From Hyalangium sp. (GTDB lineage: Bacteria > Myxococcota > Myxococcia > Myxococcales > Myxococcaceae), in NCBI RefSeq assembly GCF_035629615.1, contig NZ_DASPHO010000392.1, positions 9,761-73,760 on the forward strand: a stretch of 64,000 nt of DNA, written 5' to 3'. The position numbers and the translations under genes were made by a program. This document shows, in pieces, positions 1 to 10,611 of this stretch. How positions within the stretch are numbered: position 1 is the first letter of the stretch; each line of letters begins with the position of its first letter. The notes under the pieces are model-generated. The model had not been told where the DNA came from, did no database searches, and saw nothing but the letters and a program-made list of their open reading frames with translations.

Positions 1-71
1 GGGACGTTCTCCATGGTGAAGATCCTAGAACACCCCCGCGCTCCGGAGGGATTGGGCAGCATGGAAGGTGT

Positions 72-1133
72 TCACTTCCTGGGTGCCACGAACCACTCCC
101 AGTCTTGAGCGTCCGCTGGGAAGGCGCTCGAGCGGCGCCAGGCGAGCACCTCAGCCCTCCAGGCCGGGAGCCCCCCCTTCAGTGGCCAGGCACGCGTCAC
201 GGTGCTGCGCCGGCTCCCCTGGAAGTTGAGCAGCAGCATGCGGTTGACCCTGTCGACGACGCTCGGCCTGGCCCCATCGCGCAGATGGAACTCCGCCGCC
301 TGGAGGACGCCCCGCTGCCCCTCTGGGCTCGAAGGCTGGACCTCCTCGAGGACGGGCCAGAGTCCCAGCAGGGGAGGGGGGATGCCCTCGAGCAGGGCCG
401 CGTGAATCCGGTCGTGTCCGTCGAGCACCAGCCACTTCCCGAGCAGGTCCACGTAGAGCAGCACCGCGGGCGGCAACGTCCCGTCACGCGAGCGCTTGCG
501 CCAGCTCTTCACCCGGCCATCCTCCCTGGGCGAAGGAGTCCGCAGCGGCACCACGGCCCCCTGGAACATCCCCTCCTCGGAGGGAGGTCCGTACGCCGTC
601 CAGTCCTCCACCCAGAACCGCTCGAAGCGCGTGACGGCTTCCAGGGAGTGAGGCAGGCAGGGGGGCTGGCCGAACCGCCACTCCATCGTGCTGATGGGGT
701 AGCGGTACCCCTCGGGGGGGCGGAGGGTCCGCACGGGACGCAGACACCAGCGCCCCGCGTAGAGCACCGGATGCTCCGACTGCGCGAGCGCGCGGCCCAG
801 CCGCCACATCCAGGCCTCCCACCAGAGGGGCGAGCCTGGTGCATGCTTTACCTCGCGCACCTCCGCCGCTGACAACGAGGGGAGACCCCAGGGAGCGCCG
901 GGCGGCCCTCGGAGGAAGCCGCACCGGTCCCAATAGCCGTCAATGCGCACCCAGAGCAGTGCCTGGTCCCCGCTGGCCACTCGCAGCCGGTAGCCCGGCG
1001 CGGCATCGAAGTGCAGGGCAGGTCGCTGGGCCCAGAGGCCCTCGTGAGGCACGTCCAGCAGCAGCCCCGGGCCCGCAAGGGGCAATCCCCAGTCGCGAGT
1101 GTCATCAGCGGTGAGGGCCACGCTCGGGCGCAT
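72..1133 (-). CDS. hypothetical protein; tentative ParB/sulfiredoxin-like motif 'WLVLDGHDRIHAALLEG' in the C-terminal third
   Basis: 353-aa ORF, last in the minus-strand run sigma factor -> membrane protein -> this ORF. The motif resembles the DGxHR core of ParB/Srx-fold domains. Overlapping opposite-strand ORFs are Arg/Pro/Gly-rich GC artefacts. Confidence 0.5.
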   Translation of the reverse strand: MRPSVALTADDTRDWGLPLAGPGLLLDVPHEGLWAQRPALHFDAAPGYRLRVASGDQALLWVRIDGYWDRCGFLRGPPGAPWGLPSLSAAEVREVKHAPGSPLWWEAWMWRLGRALAQSEHPVLYAGRWCLRPVRTLRPPEGYRYPISTMEWRFGQPPCLPHSLEAVTRFERFWVEDWTAYGPPSEEGMFQGAVVPLRTPSPREDGRVKSWRKRSRDGTLPPAVLLYVDLLGKWLVLDGHDRIHAALLEGIPPPLLGLWPVLEEVQPSSPEGQRGVLQAAEFHLRDGARPSVVDRVNRMLLLNFQGSRRSTVTRAWPLKGGLPAWRAEVLAWRRSSAFPADAQDWEWFVAPRK

Positions 1134-1181
1134 TCCCTCGGGAGTGTGCCTCCTGCCAGGGGCTCTGGGGAAGGGTTGCCG

Positions 1182-1895
1182 TCAGGCCGGCGGGACGGGC
1201 GGAGCCGGGCGGTCCGATCCGTCCTCCTCGCGCTCGAAGGCGGCAATGCTCGCCAGCTGGTCCAGGGCCGCGGTGAGGTTCCTCCCTGCGACGTCCCGAG
1301 CAAGGCGCTGCACCCACGGAGCGCGGTCGAGGCGATCCGCAAACCGTCGGCAGGCCCACCACATGACGGGCACGAACGCGAGGCCGAACAGCAGGTTGGC
1401 GATCAGGTATCTGACGCCCAGCAGTGCGTACGCATCCACGCCGAGCCCCGCGCGCAGGGCGACGATCAAGAGCGGCGTCCAGAGGAGCGGCGCGAGTAGC
1501 AGCAGCCACTGCGTGCTCCGGATCCTGGACACCCGTACTGCCTCCAGGCGGTGCTGGATCGTGGCCACCGGGGCGTCGTAGTCGAGCGCACTCGCTCTCA
1601 CCCACTGCTGGAGGGTCGCCACCAGTGTACCCAGCACCACCAGGTTCAGGACGATGGCCGGGATCAGGAAGCGGGGCTCGGAGAGGTGAGCGGCCATGAA
1701 CGCGCCCAGCGCCACGACGAGGATCAAGTCGAGCACGAGCTCGAAGCCGAGCACTGCACGCAGGCGCTGCATCGCAGACCGAATCCTGCCCAGGTTGGTG
1801 GAACGCAAGAGCTGCCGGTTGAGGCGGAGCACCTCATCCAGTCGCCGATCGTACGCCGCCCAATGCTGTCGAAGCTCGTCGAGTTCCATCGTCAT
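1182..1895 (-). CDS. multi-pass membrane protein, candidate anti-sigma/partner of the upstream ECF sigma factor
   Basis: 237 aa. Its start overlaps the sigma-factor stop (ATGA at 1892-1895). About 45-aa soluble N-terminus followed by about 4 hydrophobic spans (LVLDLILVVALGAFMAA, IPAIVLNLVVLGTLVA, LLLLAPLLWTPLLIVAL, LIANLLFGLAFVPVMWWA). No HxxxCxxC zinc motif. Confidence 0.6.
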   Translation of the reverse strand: MTMELDELRQHWAAYDRRLDEVLRLNRQLLRSTNLGRIRSAMQRLRAVLGFELVLDLILVVALGAFMAAHLSEPRFLIPAIVLNLVVLGTLVATLQQWVRASALDYDAPVATIQHRLEAVRVSRIRSTQWLLLLAPLLWTPLLIVALRAGLGVDAYALLGVRYLIANLLFGLAFVPVMWWACRRFADRLDRAPWVQRLARDVAGRNLTAALDQLASIAAFEREEDGSDRPAPPVPPA

Positions 1896-2416
1896 GCCTC
1901 CAGGGTTTGACGTGAAGGGGTGGGGTGAAGCTCGCTCCGGAGCCGTTCCTTCAAGCGGCCGATCCGGGTGGCCACGTTGGTGGTGCTGATGCCGAGCACC
2001 TCGGCGATCTCCGCGTGGCTGTGCCCGTCCAGGTAGAGCATTGCCAGGGCCTTGTTCAGGTCATCGAGCCGCCCGATGGACTGATAGAGGAGCGCGACCT
2101 CTTCGGTTGGCTCCACGTCCCCTTTGCCGACGACCTGCAGGAACTCTTCGCCTGCGGCCGCGAGGTGCTGGGTCCGCGTGCTCTCGCGGCGCTGGAAGGA
2201 GATCGCCACGTTGAGGGCGATGCGGTACATCCAGGTGGAGAACCGGAAGCGCGGGTCGTACCGCGGGAAGGACCGCCAGAGCTGAGCGATCGTCTCCTGC
2301 ACCAGATCATCCCGATCCGCGTCCGTGCGGCCGTACGCACGCGCCACCTTGTAGAGGATCCGCCGGTGGTCCTCGAGCAGGGCGAGAAAGCGTTCTTGTC
2401 GGTCCTGCTCAGGCAT
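1892..2416 (-). CDS. ECF-type RNA polymerase sigma-70 family factor
   Basis: Region 2 (DLVQETIAQLWRSFPRYDPRFRFSTWMYRIALNVAISFQRR) and region 4 HTH (LYLDGHSHAEIAEVLGISTTNVATRIGRLKERL). Start taken at the internal ATG (MPEQDRQ...). The ORF is open up to 2515. Confidence 0.85.
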   Translation of the reverse strand: MPEQDRQERFLALLEDHRRILYKVARAYGRTDADRDDLVQETIAQLWRSFPRYDPRFRFSTWMYRIALNVAISFQRRESTRTQHLAAAGEEFLQVVGKGDVEPTEEVALLYQSIGRLDDLNKALAMLYLDGHSHAEIAEVLGISTTNVATRIGRLKERLRSELHPTPSRQTLEA

Positions 2417-2656
2417 CGCGATTCCAAGGGTTGCGTCCGGCGCGCGTGGCGCCGCTGACATGCTCACCCCGTTATTCGCGGCAGGCCGGCGGATATCACA
2501 CTCCCTTCCAAGCAAGGGGGCAGCGCCCGGAGTGCTTGGTTGTGACGCAGTGCGGCGTCCGTCCCACGCGATGACAGTCTTGTCTCCAGGCCTTCACGTC
2601 TGATCGCAATGAGGTGAATGGCGTATATGGGGCACACTTTACGGAGGGGTCGAACC

Positions 2657-4357
2657 ATGTCTCACCGCCTGCTGCTGATGTGCCTGTCCCTGCTGTCGCT
2701 TGGGGGACTCGTTCATTGCAAGAAGAGCCCGCAGGAAGGCGCCCAGCCTGCTCCCCCGGCGGCCTCCACGGCCGCAGCCACCGTGAAGGCCACGGCGCTC
2801 ACGCTCGCTCAGGAGCAGCAGGCCTCCTGGATCCGGAACTTCAATCCTTTGATCGCGCCGGGCACCGCGCGCTTTCCCACCCGCGCCGGCGTCTACGAGC
2901 CGCTGATGATCTTCAATACGCTCAAGGGCGAGTTCGTGCCCTGGCTGGCTGTGAAGCACGAGTGGAGTGAGGACAGCAAGAAGCTTACCCTGTCCCTGCG
3001 CCCCGGCGTGAAGTGGTCGGATGGCCAGCCATTCACGGCCAAGGACGTGGCATTCACCTTCGAGCTCCTCAAGCAGCACAAGGCCCTGGACTTCCCCTCG
3101 GTGTGGGCGTTCCTGGAAGGGGTCCAGGCCAAGGATGAGACGACGGTCGAGTTCACCCTGGCGCGCCCCTACGTGCCCGGCCTCGTCTACATCGTTCATC
3201 AGCCGATCGTGCCGGAGCACAAGTGGAAGGACGTCAAGGACCCGGTCACCTTCACGAACGAGACGCCTGTGGCGACGGGCCCGTTTACCGAGGTGAAGGT
3301 CTTCCAGAATCAGATCTTCGAGCTCGGGCGCAACCCGCACTACTGGCAGCCGGGCAAGCCCGCCGTCCAGAGCCTCCGCTTCCCGGCGTACCCGGGCAAC
3401 GATCAGGCGAACCTCGCGCTGCTCACAGGTGAGCTGGACTGGGCAGGCAGCTTCGTGCCCGACATCGAGCGGGTCTTCGTCTCCAAGGACAAGGAGAACA
3501 ACCACTACTGGTTCCCGCTCGTGGGCAATACGACGACCCTCTACGTGAACACCACCAAGAAGCCTTTCAATGACGTCCGAGTGCGCAAGGCGATCAGCAT
3601 GGCGATCGACCGCGATCAGATCGTCAAGGTGGCGATGTATGGCTACACGCGGCCCTCAGACTCAACGGCGCTCAGTGACGCGCACAATGCCTGGCGCAAT
3701 CCCCAGGCTGTGGAGGCGGGCGACTGGACCCGGCTCGATCTGGCCAAGGCCAACGCGCTGCTCGACGAGGCCGGCTACAAGCGCGGTGAAGGTGGCATTC
3801 GCGCAGCGCCGGACAAGACGCCCCTGCGCTTCGAGATCAACGTCGTCACGGGCTGGTCGGACTGGGTGCGCGCCGTGCAGATCATCGCGCAGAACCTCAA
3901 GCAGATCGGCGTTGAGGCCTCCTTGAAGACCTACGACTTCAGTCCTTGGTTCGAGAGGCTCCAGAAGGGCGAGTTCGACCTGAGCATGGGGTGGACGTCG
4001 GATGAGCCGACGCCGTATCACTTCTACCGCGACCTCATGGGGACCGAGACGCTCAGGCCCGTTGGAGAGGTGTCGGCCCGCAACTGGGGCCGATTCGCGA
4101 GCGAGGACGCGGACGCGCTCCTGCGGGCGTTCGAGAGCACGAATGACCCCGCGGAGCAGAAGAAGCTCGCCGGGCAGATGCAGCTGCTCTTCGTGCAGAA
4201 CGCGCCGGTCATCCCACTGTTTCCGGGCCCGTCCTGGGGGGAGTACAGCACGCGCCGCTTCACGAACTTCCCGAACAAGGACAACCCCTACGCGAAGCTC
4301 ACGCCCAACAGCTCCCCCGAGAACCTGTTCGTCCTGGTCGAGGTAAAGCCCAAGTGA
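2657..4357 (+). CDS. ABC transporter substrate-binding lipoprotein, family 5 (peptide/oligosaccharide type)
   Basis: Start ATG 2657 preceded by GGAGGGG. Signal peptide ending in a Cys (MSHRLLLMCLSLLSLGGLVHC). Length and motifs typical of family-5 SBPs (e.g. VKWSDGQPFTAKDVAFTFE). First gene of the ABC operon. Confidence 0.85.
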   Translation: MSHRLLLMCLSLLSLGGLVHCKKSPQEGAQPAPPAASTAAATVKATALTLAQEQQASWIRNFNPLIAPGTARFPTRAGVYEPLMIFNTLKGEFVPWLAVKHEWSEDSKKLTLSLRPGVKWSDGQPFTAKDVAFTFELLKQHKALDFPSVWAFLEGVQAKDETTVEFTLARPYVPGLVYIVHQPIVPEHKWKDVKDPVTFTNETPVATGPFTEVKVFQNQIFELGRNPHYWQPGKPAVQSLRFPAYPGNDQANLALLTGELDWAGSFVPDIERVFVSKDKENNHYWFPLVGNTTTLYVNTTKKPFNDVRVRKAISMAIDRDQIVKVAMYGYTRPSDSTALSDAHNAWRNPQAVEAGDWTRLDLAKANALLDEAGYKRGEGGIRAAPDKTPLRFEINVVTGWSDWVRAVQIIAQNLKQIGVEASLKTYDFSPWFERLQKGEFDLSMGWTSDEPTPYHFYRDLMGTETLRPVGEVSARNWGRFASEDADALLRAFESTNDPAEQKKLAGQMQLLFVQNAPVIPLFPGPSWGEYSTRRFTNFPNKDNPYAKLTPNSSPENLFVLVEVKPK

Positions 4358-4390
4358 CGTCCGCGCGTTAAGAAAGGCGCACCCGACACC

Positions 4391-5368
4391 GTGCGACATC
4401 TCCTGCGAAACCTGGCGGTGTACGCGGTCGCCGCGTGGGCCTCTCTCACGCTGAACTTCCTGATCCCGCGCCTCATGCCGGGAGATCCTGCCTCGATCAT
4501 GTTCGCCCGCTTCGCGGGTCAGCTCCAGCCCGAGGCCATCGACGCCCTGCGGGTGGCATTCGGCTTCACGAACGAGCCGCTCCACCAGCAGTACTTCACC
4601 TACGTCCGGCACCTGCTCCAGGGCGATCTGGGCATCTCCATCGCGTACTTCCCCGCGAAGGTGACGGACGTGATCGGCACAGGACTGGGCTGGACCCTCC
4701 TACTCTCGGGGGCCGCGGTCATCATCAGCTTCGTGCTCGGGACGACCCTCGGCGTGGTCGCCGCGTGGAGGCGTGGCGGCTGGCTGGACTCGGTGATGCC
4801 GCCCGTGCTCGTCTTCCTGGGCGCGTTTCCCTACTTCTGGCTCGCGATGGTGCTCCTCTACACGCTCGGGTTCGTGCTCGGCGCCTTCCCCCTGCGGCAT
4901 GCCTACAGCGACTCGCTCGCGCCCGCGCTGAGCGGCGAGTTCATCCTCAGCGTGATCCAGCACCTGGTGCTCCCAGCGTCGGCAATCGTGATCGCGACGC
5001 TCGGAGGCTGGATGCTCAGCATGCGGAGCGCGATGGTGGGTGTGCTCGCCGAGGACTACATCACCCTGGCCAACGCCAAGGGCTTGTCCCAGAAACGGAT
5101 CATGTTCCACTACGCTGCTCGCAATGCGCTCCTGCCAAACGTCACGGGCTTCGGGATGGCGCTGGGGTTCGTCCTCTCGGGCTCGCTGCTGACCGAGATT
5201 GTGTTCTCGTACCCGGGGCAGGGCTACCTGCTCATCCAGGCGGTGCGCAACCAGGACTACCCGCTCATGCAGGGCATCTTCCTGACCATCACGCTGGCCG
5301 TGCTGGGCGCGAACCTGCTCGTGGATATCCTCTACGTGTGGCTCGACCCCCGGACGCGGACCCGCTGA
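4391..5368 (+). CDS. ABC transporter permease (DppB/OppB-like)
   Basis: 325 aa, GTG start, multiple TM spans. Conserved permease loop ITLANAKGLSQKRIMFHYAARNALLP. Confidence 0.9.
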   Translation: MRHLLRNLAVYAVAAWASLTLNFLIPRLMPGDPASIMFARFAGQLQPEAIDALRVAFGFTNEPLHQQYFTYVRHLLQGDLGISIAYFPAKVTDVIGTGLGWTLLLSGAAVIISFVLGTTLGVVAAWRRGGWLDSVMPPVLVFLGAFPYFWLAMVLLYTLGFVLGAFPLRHAYSDSLAPALSGEFILSVIQHLVLPASAIVIATLGGWMLSMRSAMVGVLAEDYITLANAKGLSQKRIMFHYAARNALLPNVTGFGMALGFVLSGSLLTEIVFSYPGQGYLLIQAVRNQDYPLMQGIFLTITLAVLGANLLVDILYVWLDPRTRTR

Positions 5369-5391
5369 CGGCAGGAAGGAGGGACCCTGGC

Positions 5392-6303
5392 ATGTCATTC
5401 ATCTGGCAGCTCCTCGAGAATCGCAAGGCATCGGTCGGGGCGGCGCTCATTCTCTTCTTCGTGCTGCTCGGCCTCTTCGGACCGGCGCTCGTGCCGGGCG
5501 ACCCGTCCGACTTTGTGGGGGCGCCGCACCAGCCTCCCTCGTCCGAGCATCTCCTCGGAACCACCGGGCAGGGGCAGGACGTGCTCGCGCAGACGGTTGC
5601 GGGGGCTCGCACCTCGCTCGCGGTGGGGTTCCTCACAGGCTTCGCTGTCATGGCGATTGGCGCGCTCGTGGGGATGGTCGCCGGGTTCTTCGGCGGGTGG
5701 CTCGACAGTGTCCTGTCCTTCATGACGAACGTGTTCTTGATCATCCCCGGGCTGCCCATGGCCGTCGTGATCGCGTCGTACCTGCACCCTGGGCCCGTCA
5801 CCATCGGGCTCGTGCTGGTCATCACGGGGTGGGCGTGGAATGCACGGATGCTGCGCGCGCAGATCCTCTCGCTGCGAGAGAAGGACTTCGTCCTGGCCGC
5901 GATCGTGAGCGGCGAGGGGCGCCTTCGGATCATCTTCCGGGAGATCCTCCCCAACATGACGTCGCTCCTGATGAGTGGCTTCATCTCGGCGACGGTGTAC
6001 GCGATTGGCGCGCAGGTGGGGCTCGAGTTCCTGGGGATCGGGGATGTCAGCGTGGTCACCTGGGGCACGAACCTGTACTGGGCGGCGAACGACGCGGCCT
6101 TGCTGACGGGGGCGTGGTGGACCGTCGTCCCCACGGGCGTGTGCGTCGCGCTCATCGGGTTCGCGCTCGTGCTCGTCAACTTCGCGATCGACGAGCTCAG
6201 CAACCCGCGGCTGAGGGCTGAGCGGACGTGGACGCGGCTCCTCAAGCACCCTGATCTGGAAGGGGGGCTCTCGACCCCTGTGGTGAGGACCAGTGGAAGC
6301 TGA
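5392..6303 (+). CDS. ABC transporter permease (DppC/OppC-like)
   Basis: Start at ATG 5392 (MSFIWQLLENRKA...). The upstream part of the 4435 ORF is an out-of-frame overlap with the previous gene. Motif DFVLAAIVSGEGRLRIIFREILPN. Confidence 0.9.
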   Translation: MSFIWQLLENRKASVGAALILFFVLLGLFGPALVPGDPSDFVGAPHQPPSSEHLLGTTGQGQDVLAQTVAGARTSLAVGFLTGFAVMAIGALVGMVAGFFGGWLDSVLSFMTNVFLIIPGLPMAVVIASYLHPGPVTIGLVLVITGWAWNARMLRAQILSLREKDFVLAAIVSGEGRLRIIFREILPNMTSLLMSGFISATVYAIGAQVGLEFLGIGDVSVVTWGTNLYWAANDAALLTGAWWTVVPTGVCVALIGFALVLVNFAIDELSNPRLRAERTWTRLLKHPDLEGGLSTPVVRTSGS

Positions 6304-7260
6304 GCCCTCGACGTTGCTCTCGGTGCGTGATCTCCGGGTCGAGTACCTGACGCCCGCGGGTCCCGTGTGCGCTGTCGACGGCGTCTCCTTCGACATCGGG
6401 CGAGGCGAGGTGCTCGGGCTCGCCGGGGAGTCGGGCAGTGGCAAGTCGACGGTGGCGCAGGCCCTCCTGCGGATCCTCCGCCCACCCGCGGTCATCACGG
6501 GCGGGCAGGTGCTCTTCGAGGGCGAGGACGTGTTGGGGATGAGCGAGGCGCGGTTGCGGGAGCTGCGCTGGCGCAAGGTGTCGCTCGTCTTCCAGAGCGC
6601 GATGAACTCGCTCAACCCCATCCTCACGATCGGTGAGCAGATCGTGGACACGATCCTGGCGCACGAGCGGGTGAAGCGTTCCGAGGCCGTCGACAGGGCC
6701 GTCTCGCTGCTGAAGCTCGTGGGGATCGACAGCGCGAGGCTCACGAGCTATCCGCACCAGCTCTCGGGCGGGATGCGGCAGCGCGTGGTGATCGCGATCG
6801 CGCTTGCGCTCGAACCGCCGCTGATGCTCATGGACGAGCCGACGACAGCGCTCGACGTGGTGGTACAGAAGGAGATCCTGCACCAGGTCGCGGAGCTCAA
6901 GGACAGGCTCGGGTTCTCGATCCTGTTCATCACGCATGATCTCTCGCTGATCCTCGAGTTCTCCACGCGCATCGCGGTCCTCTATGCGGGTAAGCTCGTG
7001 GAGCTGGCACCCTCTCAGGAGCTCTTCCACGCGCCCAGGCACCCCTACACGAAGGGGCTGCTGAGCTCGGTCCCCTCGGTTCGAGGGCCGCGCAGGAAGC
7101 TCGTGGGCATCCCTGGCTCGCCCCCGGACATGAGAAAGCTCCCCGCGGGGTGCCGCTTCCACCCGCGTTGCCCATCGGCGATGGAGCGCTGCCAGGCCGA
7201 CTCGCCCGAGCTGCGCGAGCAGGGGCCCGGCCACATCAAGGCCTGCCACCTGGATTCACC

Positions 7261-7264
<4 letters not shown>
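6293..7264 (+). CDS. ABC transporter ATP-binding protein (DppD/OppD-like)
   Basis: Walker A GESGSGKST, signature LSGGMRQRV, Walker B LMLMDEPTTALD. C-terminal oligopeptide-type extension with Cys motif (CRFHPRCP). Confidence 0.92.
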
Positions 7265-8328
<1,064 letters not shown>

Positions 8329-8333
8329 TCCAG

Positions 8334-10592
8334 ATGACGCTGGAGGAGAAGGCCCTGCTCTTGTCCGGCGATGGCCCGTGGAGGACCCACAAGATCGAGC
8401 GGCTGGGCATCCCTTCCATCTTCATGACGGATGGTCCACATGGGCTCAGGAAGGCGCAGGGGCTGAACCTCGCGGAGAGCGTTCCCGCGACCTGTTTCCC
8501 CACCGCTTCCGCCCTGGCCTCTTCCTGGGACACAGAGCTCATCCACCAAGTGGGCGCCGCCCTGGCCCGGGAGAGCCAGGCCAACGACGTGCAGTTGTTA
8601 TTGGGGCCGGGCATCAACATGAAGCGCTCTCCCCTGGGGGGACGCAACTTCGAATACTTCTCCGAGGACCCTGTCCTGGCCGGTCATATGGCGGCGTCCT
8701 ACATCCAAGGTGTCCAGAGCGAGGGGGTGGGGACAGCCCTGAAACACTTCGCGGCGAACAACCAGGAGTTCGAGCGGATGGTGAGCAGCTCGAACCTGGA
8801 TGAGAGGACCCTGCGCGAGATCTACCTGCCAGCGTTCGAGATCGCGATCACCCAGGCCCAGCCGTGGTCGGTCATGTGCGCCTACAACAAGGTGAATGGT
8901 GTCTATGCCTCTGAGAATCCCCTCTTGCTCCAGGAGATTCTCCGGGAGGAGTGGGGATTCGAGGGGTTCGTCGTGTCGGACTGGGGCGCCGTCCATGATC
9001 GCGTGAAGGGCGTCATGGCTGGGCTGAACCTGGAGATGCCCAGCAGCGGCGACGTGAACCGCAAGAGGATCATCGAGGCCGTCCAGGCTGGACAGCTGCC
9101 GGTGTCCCGCCTGGACGAGGTGGTGGCCTCGCTGCTCGCCGTGATCCTCAAGGCCGCGGAGAGCCGCCGGACGGGTGCTCGCTTCGACGTCGATCAGCAC
9201 CATGCCCTGGCGAGGCGGGTGGCGGTTGAGAGCATCATCCTGCTGAAGAATGAGGACCACCTCCTGCCGCTGGATGCCGGGGGGAGGAAGAAGATCGCCT
9301 TGATTGGCGCGTTCGCCAAGGAGCCCCGCTACCAGGGCGCTGGAAGCTCGCAGGTGAATCCGACCCGCGTCTCCCATGCGTATGACGAGCTGCTGGCGAT
9401 TGTGGGCAAGAGCGAGCGCATCGGCTACGCGAGCGGCTACGACACGGAGGGGGGCACCACCGCCCAGCTGCTCGAGGAAGCACGGCAGCAGGCGAGGAAT
9501 GCGGACGTGGCCGTCGTCTTCGCCGGACTGCCGGACAGCTACGAGTCCGAAGGATTCGACCGCTCCTCCCTGGACATCCCCGAAGGGCATCACCGGTTGA
9601 TTGAGGTGGTCAGTCAGGTCCAGCCCAACACGGTGGTGGTGCTGATGAACGGCTCTGCCATCACCATGCCCTGGGTGGGCCGGGTGAAGGCCATCCTGGA
9701 GGGATGGCTGACGGGACAAGCGGGCGGAGGTGCCATCGCCGATATCCTGACTGGCAGGGTCAACCCCTCAGCGAAGCTGTCCGAGACCTTCCCGCTGAGG
9801 CTGGAAGACACGCCGACCTCCATCGAGTTCCCCGGACTGAATCAGCGGGCCCACTACGGCGAAGGGGTCTTCATCGGCTACCGGTACTACGACAAGAAGA
9901 AGATCACGCCGCTGTTCCCCTTTGGTTTTGGGCTGAGCTACACCTCCTTCGCCTATTCAGAGCTGACCCTCAGCGCGCCGTCCATCCAGGACACCGAGAA
10001 GCTGACCGTCCAGCTGAAGGTCCGGAACGAGGGGCGGTTGGCAGGAAAGGAAGTCATCCAGCTCTACATCCATGAAGACAGGCCCGTGGTGAGCCGTCCG
10101 GAGAAGGAGCTCAAGGCCTTCACCAAGGTGGCGCTCGAGCCTGGCGAGGAGAAGACGGTGCGCTTCACGTTGAAGCCACGTGATTTCGCCTACTACAACA
10201 CCGCCCTCCACCGATGGTCCGTCAATCCTGGCCGGTTCGATATCCTCGTCGGTGGTTCGTCCAGGGACCTGCCCCTGAGAGAGCACGTCCTGGTCGAGCC
10301 GGCTCAGGTGGTTGTCCCCGCGCTGACGCGCAGCTCTCTGCTGAAGGAGTTCAAGAACCATCCCAAGGGGCAGGCTTTCTACTCGCGGCTGGCGAAGGTC
10401 ATCACGGGAGAGACGCTCGAGGAGCCAGGCCGCGTGAAGCGCACGCTGCAGGAGGAGCGCGCGAGGAAGAAGGCAGAGATGTCGACGATGGCGTTCGTCA
10501 ACGAGCTGCCCGTTTACAAGCTGATTGCCTTCTCGGAAGGCAAGTTCACCGAGCAGATGCTGAACGATATCCTGGCCCAGGTGCAGCGGTGA
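8334..10592 (+). CDS. glycoside hydrolase family 3 beta-glucosidase (BglX type) with C-terminal Fn3-like domain
   Basis: MTLEEKALLLSG, KHFAANNQE, nucleophile context GFVVSDWGA, C-terminal FPFGFGLSYTSF. The start could also be the in-frame codon at 8280, which would overlap the ATPase gene. Confidence 0.9.
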   Translation: MTLEEKALLLSGDGPWRTHKIERLGIPSIFMTDGPHGLRKAQGLNLAESVPATCFPTASALASSWDTELIHQVGAALARESQANDVQLLLGPGINMKRSPLGGRNFEYFSEDPVLAGHMAASYIQGVQSEGVGTALKHFAANNQEFERMVSSSNLDERTLREIYLPAFEIAITQAQPWSVMCAYNKVNGVYASENPLLLQEILREEWGFEGFVVSDWGAVHDRVKGVMAGLNLEMPSSGDVNRKRIIEAVQAGQLPVSRLDEVVASLLAVILKAAESRRTGARFDVDQHHALARRVAVESIILLKNEDHLLPLDAGGRKKIALIGAFAKEPRYQGAGSSQVNPTRVSHAYDELLAIVGKSERIGYASGYDTEGGTTAQLLEEARQQARNADVAVVFAGLPDSYESEGFDRSSLDIPEGHHRLIEVVSQVQPNTVVVLMNGSAITMPWVGRVKAILEGWLTGQAGGGAIADILTGRVNPSAKLSETFPLRLEDTPTSIEFPGLNQRAHYGEGVFIGYRYYDKKKITPLFPFGFGLSYTSFAYSELTLSAPSIQDTEKLTVQLKVRNEGRLAGKEVIQLYIHEDRPVVSRPEKELKAFTKVALEPGEEKTVRFTLKPRDFAYYNTALHRWSVNPGRFDILVGGSSRDLPLREHVLVEPAQVVVPALTRSSLLKEFKNHPKGQAFYSRLAKVITGETLEEPGRVKRTLQEERARKKAEMSTMAFVNELPVYKLIAFSEGKFTEQMLNDILAQVQR

Positions 10593-10611
10593 TACGATGG
10601 GAGGAAATCCA

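Noticed and set aside
2417-2656. ECF-type (GGAAC-N16/17-CGT) or sigma-70 promoters in the divergent region between the sigma factor gene and the ABC operon.
   Set aside because: I found only partial matches with wrong spacing (for example TGGAAGG..., TATATGG). Nothing is convincing without transcript mapping.
4435-5391. Long N-terminal extensions of several ORFs: 4435-5391 before the second permease, 7150-7260, 17915-18253, 18211-18606, 26927-27205, 52656-53519 and 61375-61710.
   Set aside because: The extensions overlap the preceding gene in another frame and are compositionally aberrant. Internal starts with an SD, a signal peptide or ATGA coupling give products of canonical length.
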